A DNA stretch of 64,000 nt from Nemertoderma westbladi (taxonomy: Eukaryota > Animalia > Xenacoelomorpha). Below the pieces are notes generated by a model. That model did no database searches and had not been told where the DNA came from. It saw only the letters and a list, made by a program, of their open reading frames with translations. Location: NCBI GenBank assembly GCA_032718475.1, contig JAUCBJ010008130.1, positions 53,636 to 117,635 of the forward strand, given 5' to 3'. Of the stretch, positions 62,893-64,000 are shown one piece after another. Position 1 is the stretch's first letter. Each line of letters begins with the position of its first letter. The translations under genes and the position numbers were made by a program.

Positions 62893-64000
62893 ATGTCTGA
62901 CACTCAGCAAAACCTGTCAGACAGTCTGATCGATACAACTATCTGTGATTCAGATAGGAGTGTGGAGCGAATAAGAAAGGAGTTCGGCTCACCTCCTACT
63001 GTAAAAAAGGTCATCCCTCCAGTAGTATCAGACCCTAGGCTAGTCCACCATAGGTCCATCATAGGCACTCGGGCACAGGTAAAACGGGACCAAGAGGCAG
63101 TTGTCCTATCGCAGCAACATCTTGGTCAAGAACCTACTTCCCAGCGACCCGATAGCTCCAGCAGTTCGGATACTGTAGAGCTGACTCCCGAACATGGAGT
63201 GCAGATGGCTGATACAGTCTACTCGGACCCCCTTCTTACTCTTCCTGCTGCAGTGCTAACTACTATATTCATTGCGGTGGAGGAACATCAAGCCGACTGG
63301 GCGAAGAATAAGCGAGCGACCCAAGATAATTACGCGGGATACGCCAGGGAAGAATTGATATCTATTGTTGAATCACAATGGAACTTTCCCGGACTCGGAC
63401 TTCCGTTGGATCTGTCCGAGGCTACTTGGGAAGATATACACAGGATGGGAGTGGCTAAAGATACAATGGATCCAGCTGTTTGGAAGAGGTCGGCAGCAGG
63501 ATATGTGCAGGGATTCTTCGGATCCTTGGATCGATTGGAAGAACAACTGTTTCGACAACCTCACGGACCTCAAGAGCAGGAAGAGCTGCTATATCAAATA
63601 CGCGAAAGAACCCTACGCATACGACTAATCCTCTCAGCCTTTGAGGAAACTTCCAAAAGAAGACAGGACACGTCGCTGCAGGTTGCTGTCAAAACTTGGC
63701 TACATCGGGTAGATCTCAAAGTACAGGAAACGGCCCAGTGGAAATCCCAGCTGGCTGAGAGATCAACCTATGAAGAACCAACTGATGTCACCCTTTCTCA
63801 AGCGGAAAGCGAAGAGGCCGCCGAGAAACCGCGAACTAGAGACGCTATCGACATTTATTTGTCCGACTATCAGCGATTCCTAGGAGACGAAGAGTTGAGG
63901 AGACGGCTGTCTGGACTTTCCCCTAATAGTGAAGGAACCAAGCTTGTGTTGGACTCAATCGATGCCGAAATGTTAGCTGCAAACCAAGCTGAATGTGATG
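62893..64000 (+). CDS. Element D Gag N-terminus (open to window end)
   Basis: MSDTQQNLSDSLIDTTICDSDRS.. orthologous to 48832; no stop in 369 codons. Confidence 0.88.
   Translation, partial: MSDTQQNLSDSLIDTTICDSDRSVERIRKEFGSPPTVKKVIPPVVSDPRLVHHRSIIGTRAQVKRDQEAVVLSQQHLGQEPTSQRPDSSSSSDTVELTPEHGVQMADTVYSDPLLTLPAAVLTTIFIAVEEHQADWAKNKRATQDNYAGYAREELISIVESQWNFPGLGLPLDLSEATWEDIHRMGVAKDTMDPAVWKRSAAGYVQGFFGSLDRLEEQLFRQPHGPQEQEELLYQIRERTLRIRLILSAFEETSKRRQDTSLQVAVKTWLHRVDLKVQETAQWKSQLAERSTYEEPTDVTLSQAESEEAAEKPRTRDAIDIYLSDYQRFLGDEELRRRLSGLSPNSEGTKLVLDSIDAEMLAANQAECD

Larger units (their letters stand above)
59540..64000 (+). mobile_element. BEL/Pao element D (relative of C), runs off the window
   Basis: Starts TGTAAAAGCTTTTG after CAGTC; roughly 80% similar by eye to C from ~59980 onward. 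Confidence 0.88.

Overview
Eukaryotic (probably invertebrate metazoan), almost entirely transposon-derived window dominated by four BEL/Pao LTR retrotransposons. Element A (+, intact 2613-aa Gag-PR-RT-RH-IN) ends in a putative 3' LTR that is itself a ~465-bp inverted repeat. Element B (-, 19.2 kb, ~2.1-kb LTRs ~99% identical) carries, in the env position, an extra ~1.0-1.2-kaa ORF with a WRN/Mut-7/EXD-type 3'-5' exonuclease-like domain and three CCHC knuckles; a hairpin motif recurs six times along it. Element C (+, degenerate) and its relative D (+, cut by the window end) follow. B, C and D all sit at CAGTC/GACTG in very long (GACT)n/(GGTC)n microsatellites. Between A and B lie LINE fragments (RTE, L2/Crack, an ORF1 with a Ulp1-like motif), a tRNA-derived SINE, non-autonomous DNA-transposon pieces, one host exon (CASPR-type fibrinogen-like module) and two small AT-rich orphan/RING ORFs. 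All domain calls are by-eye motif recognition; no searches were run.
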